Shown here one piece after another: positions 40,652 through 54,598 of a DNA stretch of 64,000 bases (its first letter is position 1; each line of letters opens with the position of its first letter). Position numbers and translations under genes: made by a program. The notes below the pieces were generated by a model. That model had not been told where the DNA came from and did no database searches. It was given only the letters and a program-made list of their open reading frames with translations. The stretch is from assembly GCA_951406725.2 (NCBI GenBank), contig OX597823.1:104098001-104162000 (forward strand), read 5' to 3'. This stretch comes from Octopus vulgaris (taxonomy: Eukaryota).

Positions 40652-40949
40652 ATGAGGAGGAGGAGGAGGAGGAGGAGGAGGAGGAGGAGGAGGAGGATCT
40701 TCATGTGGTAGTCATAATGGGAGGAGTGAAAGGCGAAAATGTTTGCTTCTGGTGGAACGATGGTGGTGTTGGATTTTGCAACAAGTGAAAATGGTACTGA
40801 TCGAAAATTTTAGAAATATAATAATGCCTCGCAGATAATTCTTCAGCAAATACGTGAGCAGCACAAAACAAGTTTGACCCAAAAACTGAATAGCTTCTTT
40901 AAATAAAGAATACATCTACTAAACATGCATATTACATATATATTCATAC

Positions 40950-41007
<58 letters not shown>

Positions 41008-41034
41008 TCTTTATATATATAAATATTTATAGCT

Positions 41035-41170
41035 GTAAAAACATCACAAAAAGCTGCTAAACAGAGCTCCACGTTCCCGTTTGTCGAACAGGTTGTGATT
41101 CTTGAATCACAGCCTGTCCGACGAACGAGAACGTGAAACTTTGAGTAGCAGTGTTTTTTGTGATTTTTTG
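41035..41170. repeat. Near-perfect hairpin formed by two opposed HHR-bearing PLE ends
   Basis: ATCACAAAAAGCTGCT..ACGTTCCCGTTTGTCGAACAGGTTGTGATTC tt GAATCACAGCCTGTCCGACGAACGAGAACGT..AGCAGTGTTTTTTGTGAT. Confidence 0.9.
41114..41151 (+). ncRNA. Minimal type I hammerhead motif, CCGANGA variant
   Basis: CTGT-CCGACGA-ACG agaa CGT-GAAA-CT ttg AG-TA-GCAG. Confidence 0.7.
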
Positions 41171-41257
41171 CAGTCTTAATAATAAAGCATATTATTCTAC
41201 CTCATGTATTCGAGTACTGTTCTTTCCAACCTTGTTTCACATTTATGTACTTAATTT

Positions 41258-41320
<63 letters not shown>

Positions 41321-41324
<4 letters not shown>

Positions 41325-41600
41325 GGAGAATTCACAAAAAAAAATAACAAAAGACGAAGACAAATAGATGTATTAGATTAACGCTCGGGAAGGGAAAAAG
41401 TCTTTAATGTTTCGAGCCTACGCTCTTCCACAGAAAGGCATGCAGAAAGAAACAGGGAAAGAAAATAAAGAATGTGTAGTGGCTAGCGATCTATCATGGA
41501 GAATGCCAAACAAATGGGTCACACAGGAGAGCTAGGAAGAAGGGGAGATAATAAAGTAGTAGTGATCCCAAAACGAAGGTACGCATACGTGTGTATAAGA
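41321..41600 (-). mobile_element. PLE terminal remnant with HHR motif (41402-41437)
   Basis: Minus strand: CTTT-CTGTGGA-aGAGC gtag GCTC-GAAA-CA-TT-AAAG. Same family as 20532 and the element at the window start; abuts (TA)n. Confidence 0.7.
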
Positions 41601-42101
41601 GATGTATATATACATATATATATATGTATATATGTACATTTCCAGTGACGTGCTTAAGCAACTATTAGTAGTATTATTAGTCATAAAGGGAACTAATATC
41701 CATTAGTTCTCTGTAACTTAATGCAATGGAGTTTTCCTTGGTGATCCGTTCTTGTTAAGCATTAAATGTACCTGGAACATTCAGTGAATTGTTCCAAATA
41801 ACCACAATAGTACGTAGGATCTAATGATGTAAACTTGTGTTTTTTGTGATTCCTCATACCTATCTTTCTACGTGTTTGTTTGAGTGTAGGTATCTATGTA
41901 TGTATATTTAAAAATATCACACACACACGCACACAAGTTGTTCACCTGCTGACTAACTGGCAAAACTCACGTGCGTGTGTTCGATACTGTTTATATATAT
42001 ATATATATACCCTCCTTCTTCCATTTTCCTGAGCGCCTAATAATAATAATACTGTAATTGTTCCACGTGTTGTTGTTTTTTCTGTTTTCCCGTTTGGATT
42101 A

Positions 42102-42152
<51 letters not shown>

Positions 42153-43722
42153 TCTTAGCTTTTACTTGCTTCAGTCATTTCACTGCCGTCATGCTGAAGC
42201 CCTGCCTTGAAAAATCGCCCCCAGGACTTACTTTTTTCAAAGCCTGGTATTTATTCTATCGACCTTTTGCCGAACCGCTAAGTTACAGGGGCATAAAGAC
42301 ACCACCACCAGTTTTCAGGTGGTGGTGGTGGTGGTGGTGGTGGATACAATCAATACTTCGAATAAAAGACACGTTGTATTATTGTGTTCCGGCGCGGTTA
42401 CATCTCTTCATGTCCACTACCAGTTTTCTCTTACGAAGTTGACTGAATAAAGTACCAGACCAGAGCAATAACTCTGTTTCATATATCTACACACACACTT
42501 AGTTGCTGCAAATGTAAGGCCACCAATTTTGGCTTCCTTTTTTTTTTTTAATAAGTGAGATAAAGGATGAGCCACGGCTCAAATAATCTTTAGAAGTCCT
42601 CCTAGACTGATAAAGATGATATAGCAAATGTCCAGCCTTAGTATCTTGTGAGTAATATTTGATAGATAACTTTGAGCCAGAAGGAAACCAAGATTCTGGT
42701 CCAATGAATATAACATACTAAAATCCATTAAAATTCACTGTAAAAAATCGTCGCCGTGCTATTACCTTTGAGAAATTTTCGCCAAAAGTAATTAAATCGC
42801 GGAAAATACATGACTTGTAATTTCATTAGCTGGCAACTCTAATTCCCAAGTAATTACACCGTATACCAATACATTGTGGATAAATTCATCGGCATGCTTT
42901 TTATCCGCAGAGTAAATACATCGCTTTACATTATTTGAAGCTTCATCAATAACAGGGTAATTAAATCGTTAAACATTGTTTAATGTTTAAACCCGTAAAA
43001 TAAATACTTAACAATTCATTAGATAAATAAAAGAAATTCCAAAGACAAGAAAACAAAAAGATTATGAATATTAAATTTCCTCAAGATATACAAGAAAACA
43101 ACAAATTACAAATACTTTTAAAAACAGAATTATAAAATGTGCCATCAAAAGGTAACAATATAATATGTTATGAAGTGTTTAAAATAATTCAGTAATTCGT
43201 TATTTTTATATTCATTGACATGTTGAATTCTCGCTGGACTAGATTCATATGTACATACGATAATGCATAAATACATACATATAGACATACGTCATACACG
43301 CACACACATTCATTATACATACATTCTTACACGCACATACATATATCTCTCTCTATATGCATACAAACCCACTTACATATATGGGAATATATATTTAATA
43401 TACTTGTTCTCTGTGAATCTTTTGTATTTTGGAATATCATTATTTCTCCATTCTTGTAAAGTTGAACTTGTTTAAGAGTTCATGATCTATGGTGATTACA
43501 GATATTGATATTGCAATTGCTGTTTAATACCCAATTTTATAGAGGAAAACCTGACAAATCACATAGGTATATATTAAATTTATAAAAATGAGTAGAAAAC
43601 GGAGATATACAATAGCCAATTCAAAAATTAAAATTCCTTAACATAATATTATATTATATATTATTATATTATATTATATTCTTATAATAATATAATATAA
43701 TAAATAAAACATATTAAATACA

Positions 43723-43807
43723 AATTACATACAATTGTTTCTATTCTTACCCATAATAAAATTATAAAAATCCATTGTTTGTGGGTAAGAATCTCTTCTG
43801 AGTAATT
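43723..43807 (-). ncRNA. Type I hammerhead motif in an AT-rich fold-back (arms ~43660-43778 / ~43916-44035)
   Basis: Minus strand: AATTACt-CAGAAGA-gATTCTTACCCA...TGGGTAAGAATa-GAAA-CAATTG-TA-tGTAATT, with palindromic ACAATTGT. The other arm keeps GTAAGAATC-GAAACAATTG. Confidence 0.65.
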
Positions 43808-44762
43808 TTTTATATATACGGATTTACAAACTGAATTTGAATATATTTAAGTTTTCAAACGTGAGCGTCAATAATTAAAAAGAAAAACTATGAAAAATAA
43901 ACTAATATAACGGCCATAATGCATTTTTATAATTTCATTATGCGTAAGAATCGAAACAATTGCACGTAATTTTTTATTTAGTACTTATCATTTATTATAT
44001 TATATTATTACAAGAATATAACATAATATTATATTTTATTTTAATGCATGTGTGTGTGTGTGTGTGTGTGTGTGCGTGCTTCTTTCAGTTTCCGTCAGCC
44101 AAATCCACCCACAAGACTTTAGTCGGCCTGAGCTTATAGTGTTAAAAGCCCTTTCCAATACATCCTGTACCTAATTGTATCATGTTTGATATCGTGATTT
44201 TCACAATGGATATTATCAGCATTATTCTCCTCAGTTCGAGAAGATCCTACAACAAACGAAGACAGTGTTTCTCTTTTCACCAATAAATATGTAAAATACC
44301 GAACCCAGAGCGTATAGTCCAATATTACACAGCAGTTGTACAGACGCATACACTATGCACACTCACGCACACAGAAACATACTCATGCACACAGAAACAC
44401 ACACACGTAAATGTACTTATACACACATTCGTGACAGTATGTGCGCGTGCATGTCTGATGGTATGTAGATAACATTCCCATTATATGTAGTGTACATAGC
44501 GTTGCTACAACTTTTAAATATTTCTCTACTACTACCCTTCGCCAGATAAATGGTCTCGCTTCTGACCTCTGGTATATGACCCTTGGCATCTGACCTGATG
44601 TACTACATATTTCTCTCTAACACAGCGTTAGCACACACACTGCTTTCTGTTATTCACTTGTCGTCTGTTCAACAGGGTCCTTAAAGTGGCACCCTGTATA
44701 TATGTATTTTAATATATATATATCTATACACACACATATACATTAATAGACATATACATATG

Positions 44763-44828
<66 letters not shown>

Positions 44829-45049
44829 TGTGAGTTCATAAGTTTGTTGAGATTTGATAGAAAACCAGAAAGCCATTTTTGTAATTGAAAATTGTATTTT
44901 GAAGTGATTTATCTTGAGATAGCATTGAGCCCATGTAGTTTGTACTATGAGTGCAGACTTAAGAGACAACTTCCTTGAGAATTATATTAATTGTTATACA
45001 TTTGTCATTTCTAGTGTGAGACATTTTATTAACTCCTTTTTATCTTTAG

Positions 45050-45620
45050 CTCAGCGACTAAACAATCTACGATGGACTGAAACTGGAGATATAATCAAAT
45101 ACAATGTAGACAATCTTATTATGTTGTCCTATATCCTTATCTTCACATCAAGGAAAAGTACATGCCGCTGGGACTGAACTCATGTATCACTGAACAAAGT
45201 ACTGCAGCTATCCCACGAGACAGAGCATTACAACTGCTATCGCCCCTGAACAACAAACTCACAAAAGCAAAGGCAGCAACGACACCTGTCAAAGCACATT
45301 AAAAGCTATTCATTTGCTGGTGTTACAAAAACTTTCGATTTAGTCCCATTGGATAAAAATCATCACTGGTTGGGAGAACCTAAACGAAACATCAACGGAG
45401 AGAAAAATTAACACTCACGATACCATAGGATATACGTGATGTATGTTATTATATACAAAAGTATATGGCAGAAGAACCGTAAACGGGAACGAGTCTCACC
45501 GTAGTAAGTTGAACTCTGTTTAAAAGCATCGGCAGAGGCACAGACTTTGTGCCTGCCGAGATGGTTGTATAGGAGTGAATTTTCTGAAACAAAAATTGGG
45601 TTGGGATGGGTTTGGAAATC
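45050..45620 (+). pseudogene. Possible decayed LINE RT fragment
   Basis: FAGVTKTFDLVP at ~45313 resembles the RT motif FxDxxKAFDxV; the rest is degenerate. Confidence 0.3.
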
Positions 45621-46060
45621 CTGGTTCGGGTAAAATTTGAGATACTAGACAGGATCCCCGACCTAATAGAGACCCCGGGAGTGCAATACATGCAGGTAGT
45701 AATGGAGAGTAAATATCACAGTTGAGGAAACCTTCAGATCATCTGAAGGCCCCCCCCCCACACCAACTACTATGTCACGACTGAAAGAAGGCCTCATCTA
45801 ATACCAACTGTACATTTACAGCGATAACAACAGCAGCAACTACAACACCAATAGTAACAGCAACACAAGCAGCATGGTACAAGCATAACGACAGTACTTG
45901 CAGCCCTAGTTTCAACAGCTTAGGTCGAGCTACCCACTGTAGAGTAGCTCTCCCACGTTGCTTCGTATAAGTACCACTAATACACTACAGTAGATTTAAT
46001 AGAATAATATCTCTTCAGTCTTCTTTAGAAGTTAAAATAAATACTTTTATATACATGTAC

Positions 46061-46142
<82 letters not shown>

Positions 46143-46219
46143 CTTTCTAATTACTTTTCTATTTTAATCTTATTAACATGTCAAAAGAAAAAAATATATA
46201 TAATGTTTTTCTGATGGGC

Positions 46220-46282
46220 AGATAACCGAAGAGATGTTGGTGTGGATTTCCACCTCGGCATCCGAAACTCAGAGTTTTATCT
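46220..46282 (+). ncRNA. Type I hammerhead motif, CCGANGA variant
   Basis: AGATAA-CCGAAGA-GATGTTG gt GTGGA tt TCCAC ct CGGCATC c-GAAA-CTC a GAG-TT-TTATCT. Stem I is a perfect 6 bp. Confidence 0.75.
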
Positions 46283-46340
46283 TGGCTACCGAATAACTGT
46301 CACATATTATTTTACACATATCTATCTATCTATCTATCTA

Positions 46341-46375
<35 letters not shown>

Positions 46376-46471
46376 GTGAGTGTGTGTGTGTGTGTAAGTA
46401 TGCGTCTGCGAATGAGGTACACCAGCATGGCCATTTATACATTAATACGTACATACATGCATACATATATA

Positions 46472-46568
<97 letters not shown>

Positions 46569-46804
46569 AAGATCCAAAGATCGAGGTGTAAAAAGGAAAT
46601 TAGCGTCAAGCAATCCGTACTAAATATTAAAAAAACGACTTTCAGGGACAATAGTGGTTCATTGAGACGGAGGGTTGTGGATGTTTTTCGTATCGAAGAA
46701 CTTTCAGCTAAAGAAAAGTTCTTTTTGTGCATCAACAGGTACTTCCTTGCGACAATGTAACCTTTAACTTAATCAACGTATTCTTGGCCTGAAGAGTAGC
46801 CGGC

Positions 46805-47275
46805 GGTATATACCTCGCTGGCAGAAACTTTAGCATGCCGGGCGAAATGCGTAGCCGCATTTCGTCTGCCGTTACGTTCTCAGTTCTTTTTCCGCCGAGG
46901 TCGACTTTGCCTTTCATCCTTTCGGGGTCGATTAAATAAGTACCTATTTCTTTATTACCCACAAGGGGCTAAACACAGAGGGGACAAACAAGGACAGACA
47001 TAGGTATTAAGTCGATTACATCGACCCCAGTGCGTAACTGGTACTTAATTTATCGACCCCGAAAGGATGAAAGGCAAAGTCGACCCCGGCGAAATTTGAA
47101 CTCACAACGTAACGCAGATGAAATACCGCTGAGCATTTCGCCCGGCGTGCTAACGTTTCTGCCAGCTCGCCGCCTTAAATAAGTCGATTAAATAAGTACC
47201 AGTTCGTCTGTCCTTGTTTGTCCTCTCTGTGTTTAGCCTCTTGTGAGTAGTAAAGAAATAGGTATATGCCTCGCT
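46805..47275. mobile_element. SINE A (-) nested in SINE A (+), both with TSDs
   Basis: Outer TSD GGTATAT(A/G)CCTCGCT at 46805-46819 / 47261-47275. The inner full-length copy 46945-47176 has GTCGATTAAATAAGTACC duplicated at 46927-46944 / 47183-47200. Confidence 0.9.
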
Positions 47276-47916
47276 TGGATTTTTACCACTTCTGAGTACC
47301 GTCCGCTATGAAACATGTAACCCGGATCTTATCTACTCCATTCCGTAACTCTTGTATACATACATAAACACACACACACACATACACACACTGTGTTATG
47401 ACGAGTAACTTGAGAAGTATACGTCTACCAACATGGACAATACCAAAGCGTAAGGCCTACTCTTAATCATTACTTTAATTATAATTAATCATTATTTTTA
47501 ATTTTCATCATATTTCTTGCGGCTTATGAGAATGAGAAAATGATTATTAATATTCATAAAAAATTTTTCTTTAACATAAAATTAAATGAAGCGAATTTCT
47601 TATTTGCGTATTTGTAATAAATACGTTACTTTCCAAAATTTTAAGAACATAATCTCCAACAAAAACGTTATCTCTGCAAGATTTCAATAAAAAAAATGTA
47701 TATTTTGCGGATTGATATCTTTGCCTGTCACCAAACCCTGTATTTACCCTCATCCTGTATCTCTTATGCTAACTCTTCTTGTACTTCCCCACCGCCACCG
47801 CCACCGCCACTCTATAGGATATAGAATGTGATTGGGGAAATCAACCAATCAACCAGCCAACTAACATTTATGGCGGTCGTTTTACACATACACACACATA
47901 CACACACACATATACA

Positions 47917-48074
47917 GGAGTGGCTGTGTGGTAATTAGCTTGTTTACCAACCACATGGTTCCGGGTTCAGTCCCACTGCGTGGCACCTTGGGCAAGTGTC
48001 TTCTACTATAGCCTCGGGCCGACCAAAGCCTTGTGAGTGGATTTGGTAGACGGAAACTGAAAAGAAGCCCGTCG

Positions 48075-48138
<64 letters not shown>

Positions 48139-48357
48139 TGTGTGTGTTTGTGTATCTGTGTTTGCCCCCCTAGCATTGCTTGACAACCGATGCTGGTGTG
48201 TTTATGTCCCCATTACTTAGCTGTTCAGCAAAAGAGACCGATAGAATAAGTACTGGGCTTACAAAAGAATAAGTCCCGGGATCGAGTTGCTCGATTAAAG
48301 GCGGTGCTCTAGCATGGCCGCAGTCAAATGACTGAATCAAGTAAAAGAGTAAAAGAG
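47917..48357 (+). mobile_element. SINE family B, full-length (tRNA head, CORE-like box, internal (TA)n, GTAAAAGA tail)
   Basis: GGAGTGGCTGTGTGGTAA..GGTTCAGTCCCACTGCGTGGCACCTTGGGCAAGTG..GTAAAAGAGTAAAAGAG. Confidence 0.9.
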
Positions 48358-49041
48358 AGAGAGATATATATAGTATATATATATATATACACAAACATAT
48401 ATATATATATATATATATGTATATCTATCTATCTGTGTGTGCATATTTAAGTGTATATAGATACATATATGTATGGCGCGGCGCGCGCGTGTGTGTAGGT
48501 AGTATATGTATTAAGTATGTATAATACATGTATAGGCGTGTGAGTTTGTGTGTGGTGTCAGATGTGAGGAAATCATAAACAAACCAAATTAGGACACAAC
48601 CAAGGCACTTCACTGGAAGAGAGAACGATCTTGTTTGTGAAAAACACACAGCGATGCTTCTATAGAATAGAGCTAATTGCGGAGATGGCTTGCAGTGTTG
48701 AGTTATACATACATACGTGCACACATACATACATACATACATACATACACACACACACATACATACATACATACATACATACATACATACATACATACAT
48801 ACATGCGTGCATGCGTATGGTGCACTCATATACATGCATATATGTAAGTATAAATACATTCAATCATACGTACACACACGTACAAAGAGAACGAGAGAGA
48901 GAGGGAGAGAGAGAAGTGGGAAAAAGAGTTGGGGTATGATATATGAGTAGACACATGCGCATAAATATGACTGTACGTTCATATGTATGTATACGTATGT
49001 GCGTGTGCGCGCACGCGTATATATATATATATATATACACG

Positions 49042-49079
<38 letters not shown>

Positions 49080-49124
49080 CTTATTCTTATAGATGTTTAT
49101 ACGTATCTGTGAATATGTATGTGA

Positions 49125-49176
<52 letters not shown>

Positions 49177-49736
49177 GCGTATGTGTGTATCTATATATCT
49201 CTATGTACACACATGCACACTCACATGCACACATATTCATAAATATAGGCATACACACACTGAGAAATGTATATGGAAGTATGGAGGTATGCTTATGTAT
49301 GTTTGAGCATGTTTGGGAATGCGAAGAAATGACTTCAAGGAAACCAGGTTGTATGTGAACGACCGACCTTCAGAGCCGTTCCTTCTCGTAGCAGAGCAGC
49401 TGGTAAATGTATCTCTACTGGACACACACTGGCATCAATTGTAAAGAAGAAACAAGCAGCATTTTATCGTTCATTCAGCCTGACATGTTGATTTACTGGA
49501 TGTCTACGATAGCACGTCCACATTAGGAGCCACTGAAACACAGCTACGCTCTTTGTCAACCCCACAGTTAATACCATGTACATAACAGTCTATCTTGCTT
49601 AGTGTATTACATCACGAAAAGTGACGTATTGTCCCATTTCGATGAACTGCTTCTAGTGTTTCAGTATGATACTTCAGGGCACAGCTAAACCATAGCGAGA
49701 GTGTTCTCTACCTGGACGCCGCTGGATATGATAAAC

Positions 49737-49909
49737 CAGTGCTTCGCAACCGTTATGTCGTGGCGCACTGGTGCGTCACAAGACGATGTTAGGTGTGCCG
49801 CAGTGTATCCTGAATATAAATTTTTTCCTTATACTTTTAGTTATATTTTTAGCCGAATTTTAAATATAATATAAGTGTACCGCAAGTGAGAAAAGATTGC
49901 GGAGCACTG
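49737..49909. mobile_element. hAT (Charlie/Buster-type) MITE, 173 bp
   Basis: TIRs CAGTGCTTCGCAACC / GATTGCGGAGCACTG and 8-bp TSD TGATAAAC / TGATAGAC (nnnTAnnn). Confidence 0.85.
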
Positions 49910-49929
49910 TGATAGACGCATGCTAGTTG

Positions 49930-50410
49930 ATGGTGCGTGGCGTGGGGATTAGGGTGTTGCACTGACGATCGCAAGATCCTGGTTGCAATTCTCAGACCGG
50001 CTGTGCGATGTGTTTTTGAGCAAAACACTTCAGTTGTACACGAGTAACCTAGTGACGGATTGGCGTACGTAGAATCTGGGTAGTACCAGCTCTTTGAAAT
50101 ACTGGTACTACTTATTTCTGCCAGCTGGTCAGACTGGAGCAACGTGAAATAAAGTGTCACACTCAAGGACACAATGCTCTGTCAGGGATCGAACTCATGA
50201 CCTTATAGTCGTGAACCGAATACCCTAACCACTAAGCCATGCATCAAATCACATTATCTTATCTTTTAATACCACTCCTGTACAGAATTTTGTTAATATT
50301 TTGGTATGAATTTCCACCGAGGTCGACTTTACCATTCATCCTTTCGGGGTCAATATAATCAACTGGCCCCTTCCCACGAAATTGGTGGACTAACACCAAA
50401 AATTTGAGGC
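49930..50410. mobile_element. SINE fragments (C-related + and -, then A +)
   Basis: tRNA-like heads at ~49930(+) and ~50245(-) with GAGCAAAACACTT / AAAGTGTCACACTCAAGG, and the family A core at 50310-50410. Confidence 0.65.
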
Positions 50411-50654
50411 CAATATTTTGGAATGATTTGTTAATAATGATTTCATATTTGATCAATATTTCTCTAAAAAATAGAAGCAATCTAGAATTTGGTCAATCAC
50501 TGTCCTGTTGCTCGAAGTGGACATAGCTATGTATATTTATAAGCATGTGCGTGTGTGTGAATGCGCACATGTGATAGAGAGAGGGCAAGATAGATGTGTA
50601 TGGGAATGAAAGAGAGAGAGAGAGAGAGAGAGATGTATGTTTCTGTGAAAGATA

Positions 50655-50883
50655 TGTTTCTTTATTACCCACAAGGGGCTAAACGTAGAGGGGACAGACA
50701 AGGACAGACAAACGAATTAAGTCGATTACATCGACCCCAGTGCGTAACTGGTACTTAATTTATCGATTCCGAAAGGATGAAAGGCAAAGTCGACCTCGGC
50801 GGAATTTGAACTCAGAACGTAACGGCAGACGAAATACGGCTACGCATTTCGCCCGACGTGCTAACGGTTCTGCCAGCTCGCCG
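50655..50883 (-). mobile_element. SINE family A, near full-length
   Basis: TTTCTTTATTACCCACAAGGGGCT...TGCCAGCTCGCC. Confidence 0.9.
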
Positions 50884-51751
50884 GTGCAAGTGTTTGAAAA
50901 AGAAAGAGAAAGAAAGATGTATTCGCATGTGAAAGAATGAGATATAGACAGACAAGGACAGAGAAAGAGAGAGGTGTATGTCTGCGAAAGAGAGAGAGGG
51001 GGGGGGGAGAAAGTCTTTATGATTTGTTAATGGATCAAGTCGTACACGGGCAGCAAAAAATGCGGGCGGAGAGTTTCATTCAGCATGGGAAGTCAGAGAG
51101 AGTCTCACCCGCAGCTAAGTATGAAACAGAGCAAAGAGACAGGTTTGGAAAGTTGCCAAACGGTTGTGTTTAATGAAAGGAAACTATAATGTCAGGCAAT
51201 CGATCAAACACTTGTGATGCTGATTAACAGAGGAGAACCAGTTTGTAGTCTCTAACAGGGATTATATTTTATTAATGATGTAGAAAAACTGTTTGGACTG
51301 TTGAAACAGTAATTCACATGATAATTACAGTTAGTGAACGATGGTAAAGAGGAAATAGTGTAGGGGGGTAACGTATTTGGCTGCCAACTTCTCGGTGTTG
51401 AGTTCGAAACCGCAGAAGGTTGTGTACGTACGTATGAATATATGGATGCGTGTATGTGTGCGTGTAAGTATATGTGCATGTATGTATTAGTGTATGAATG
51501 TATGTATGTATGTAAGTATATATGAGTTCGAAACTGCAACAGGTTATGTTGTATATATGTATGTGTATATGTATATATATGCGCGCATTTATGTATGTAT
51601 GAATATATGTATTTATATATGAATGTATTTATATATATGTATTTATATATGAATGTGTGCTTGCATGTATGTATATATGTATATATGTAAGTATGCATGC
51701 ACAAATGCATGCATGCACGTATGTATGTATGTATGTATGTATGTATGTATG

Positions 51752-51785
<34 letters not shown>

Positions 51786-52452
51786 TGTATGTATGTATGT
51801 ATGTATGTATGTATGTATGTGTGAGTGCTAACATATCAAGCACCTACAGTGCAGAATCACCTCAGCAATTCATCACATATACATACACACATAATGCAGA
51901 GACAGATATATGCATATACGTTTCACACGTACATTCATACACGCTGATATATACACTGCGTTAACCACAAATCTAGACAGTTAATTCTATAGCCTTCTGT
52001 TCACTTAGCAGTCAGATTATAAAGATCAAAATTTTTCTAGGGATATCTGAGACAGACTGGCGTTCTAGCCACTGAAGATATGTATCTCTCATCACCTTAA
52101 TAATGTTTAAAATAATAAAGATACAACCTGAGCGATTCACGTGTCTGTGTTAGTTGCAGAGATTTCGGTGACATACATATTTATAACACCATAAAATGGT
52201 GTCTCTTTCAATGTTGAAAGTTTTGCATGATCAAAGGTATTTAGTTAAATACCAATATGTCTTTGGGTAATTACATATTTAAAATTATTTGACGACAACG
52301 GCAAAGAAAACCACAACGATGTCAACAAGCAGCATTATTTCCATATATTTTAAATTTTAAATTTAGTTCGCTTATTGCCGTGAAATATGTGAAAACATTA
52401 CCTTTGATTGTATTCTATGGAAAACAGAACAAACGTTGTGCTTGTGTGTATG

Positions 52453-52511
<59 letters not shown>

Positions 52512-52669
52512 TTATCCAAATGTGCAACCTAGGAAACTTGATGTGGTAATGTGTTAGCGTTAAAATTCTTGAATTCCTAACGCAAAGAGAGAGTAGTCTT
52601 TTCATTCCTTGTTTACACAAATTATGTAAAGCTACTATAACTAATGCATGGATAATATATATATACACA

Positions 52670-52722
<53 letters not shown>

Positions 52723-52886
52723 ATGCATGTTGCACACACATGCACACACATGCATATATATATGTGTGTGTGTGTGTGTATATATATATAAATACATACA
52801 TATGTATGTATATATACACACATACACATAAACATCTGCATGCGTATGTATGTGTGAATGTATGTATGGTATAGATGCATAAATCG

Positions 52887-52925
<39 letters not shown>

Positions 52926-53510
52926 ATATAATAAGTAGCTTTGTCAATATATGCCTACAGTTCTCTTGTACAACAGACCGGAAGCGAGCTTCCATAGTTT
53001 ACTATGATGTCGTTTACTATGAAGTTGAGGTCTTCAAAGTAAGAGCGAAATAATCGGAAGTGTGTACATCTTGTTGCATCCTGGACACTATTGCATCTAT
53101 ACATCTATGCAAATGTATCTCAGTGCACCGTACATACACATACACACACAGAAACACTTACACACACACATACACTCATACACATATATACTAATAAGTA
53201 TATCAAGTACCAAACGATTTCAGACATCAACATCTATGCACATATATATGCATCTAAGTAAATGCGTACATCCAGTTGCATACATAAATGCACTCACACA
53301 TATGCAAATGCTCATCGATCAAGATGCAACATTTACGTGCATACAAAATTACCTGCATGCGCGCACACGCAGTCATGCACACGCACTCATGCACACGCAC
53401 GCATATGCATACGCTGACGTATATTTATATACACACATATATGCATTCATATGTTAATTTTACATACATACTTCCCAGCGTATGTGTTTGCGCAATTATA
53501 TGCATCCACA

Positions 53511-53576
<66 letters not shown>

Positions 53577-53593
53577 CTTATATATATACATAC

Positions 53594-53625
<32 letters not shown>

Positions 53626-53781
53626 GTATATTTATATATAGTTATACATACATACACAATATAAATACATATATATATATATATGTATGTATATTTATAT
53701 AAATTTATACATACATACGCAATATAAATACATGGCCGCAGCTCTGAGCTGAAACTAGAAAAAAAATATATATATATATAC

Positions 53782-53833
<52 letters not shown>

Positions 53834-53954
53834 ATGTATGTATGTATGTATGTATGTATGTATGTATGTATAAAACCTGCATACTCATCTATTGCTATAT
53901 GCATACATACATAGTTTCGCATATTTAAGATGCACATGAAGATATGCACACTAT

Positions 53955-54012
<58 letters not shown>

Positions 54013-54563
54013 CACACACACACACATTCACATCCGTTGGGGCATAGTAACTTTCAGTGATGGCTCTGAACTCTATACGAAATCTGTGGAGATAAACTTC
54101 AGAGGATACAGTAGCATCTGAAGACGTCTGCGAAAAATTTAGCATTCTTCTCTTTATTTATAGAAACTATATAAAGTTACTAAAACTAATTGCATATATG
54201 TGTTTGTTGGTGTGTGTGTGTGTGTGTGTGTGTGCACCTATATGTGTATGCGTGTGCGTTTGTGAGTGTGTGTGTGTGTGTGTATGTATGTGTGTGTATG
54301 CATGAATATGTGGCAGTTATCGTATATATGCGAGTAGACCTTCACTAACATAGAAAGCTCTTAACAATCATAGACATGTCTACATGTGCGTGCAAACATA
54401 CAACACACGAGCAACCACCCATCCACAAACAAGCACACACACACTTACACACACGCATTCACTCACACACACACACACACACACACATCACAAACTAAAA
54501 TAGACACAGACACTCACACACACACACTCACACGAACATATAAGCATGTCTATATATCTATGA

Positions 54564-54598
<35 letters not shown>

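Noticed and set aside
46647-46738. Possible exon DNSGSLRRRVVDVFRIEELSAKEKFFLCIN
   Set aside because: The acceptor is weak, without a pyrimidine tract, and the donor is weak.
47280-47440. CTGAGTA..GAAACATGTA and ATGACGA..GAGAAGTATACGTC hammerhead-like strings
   Set aside because: The first has no stem I or II. The second has several core mutations and is at most a decayed remnant.
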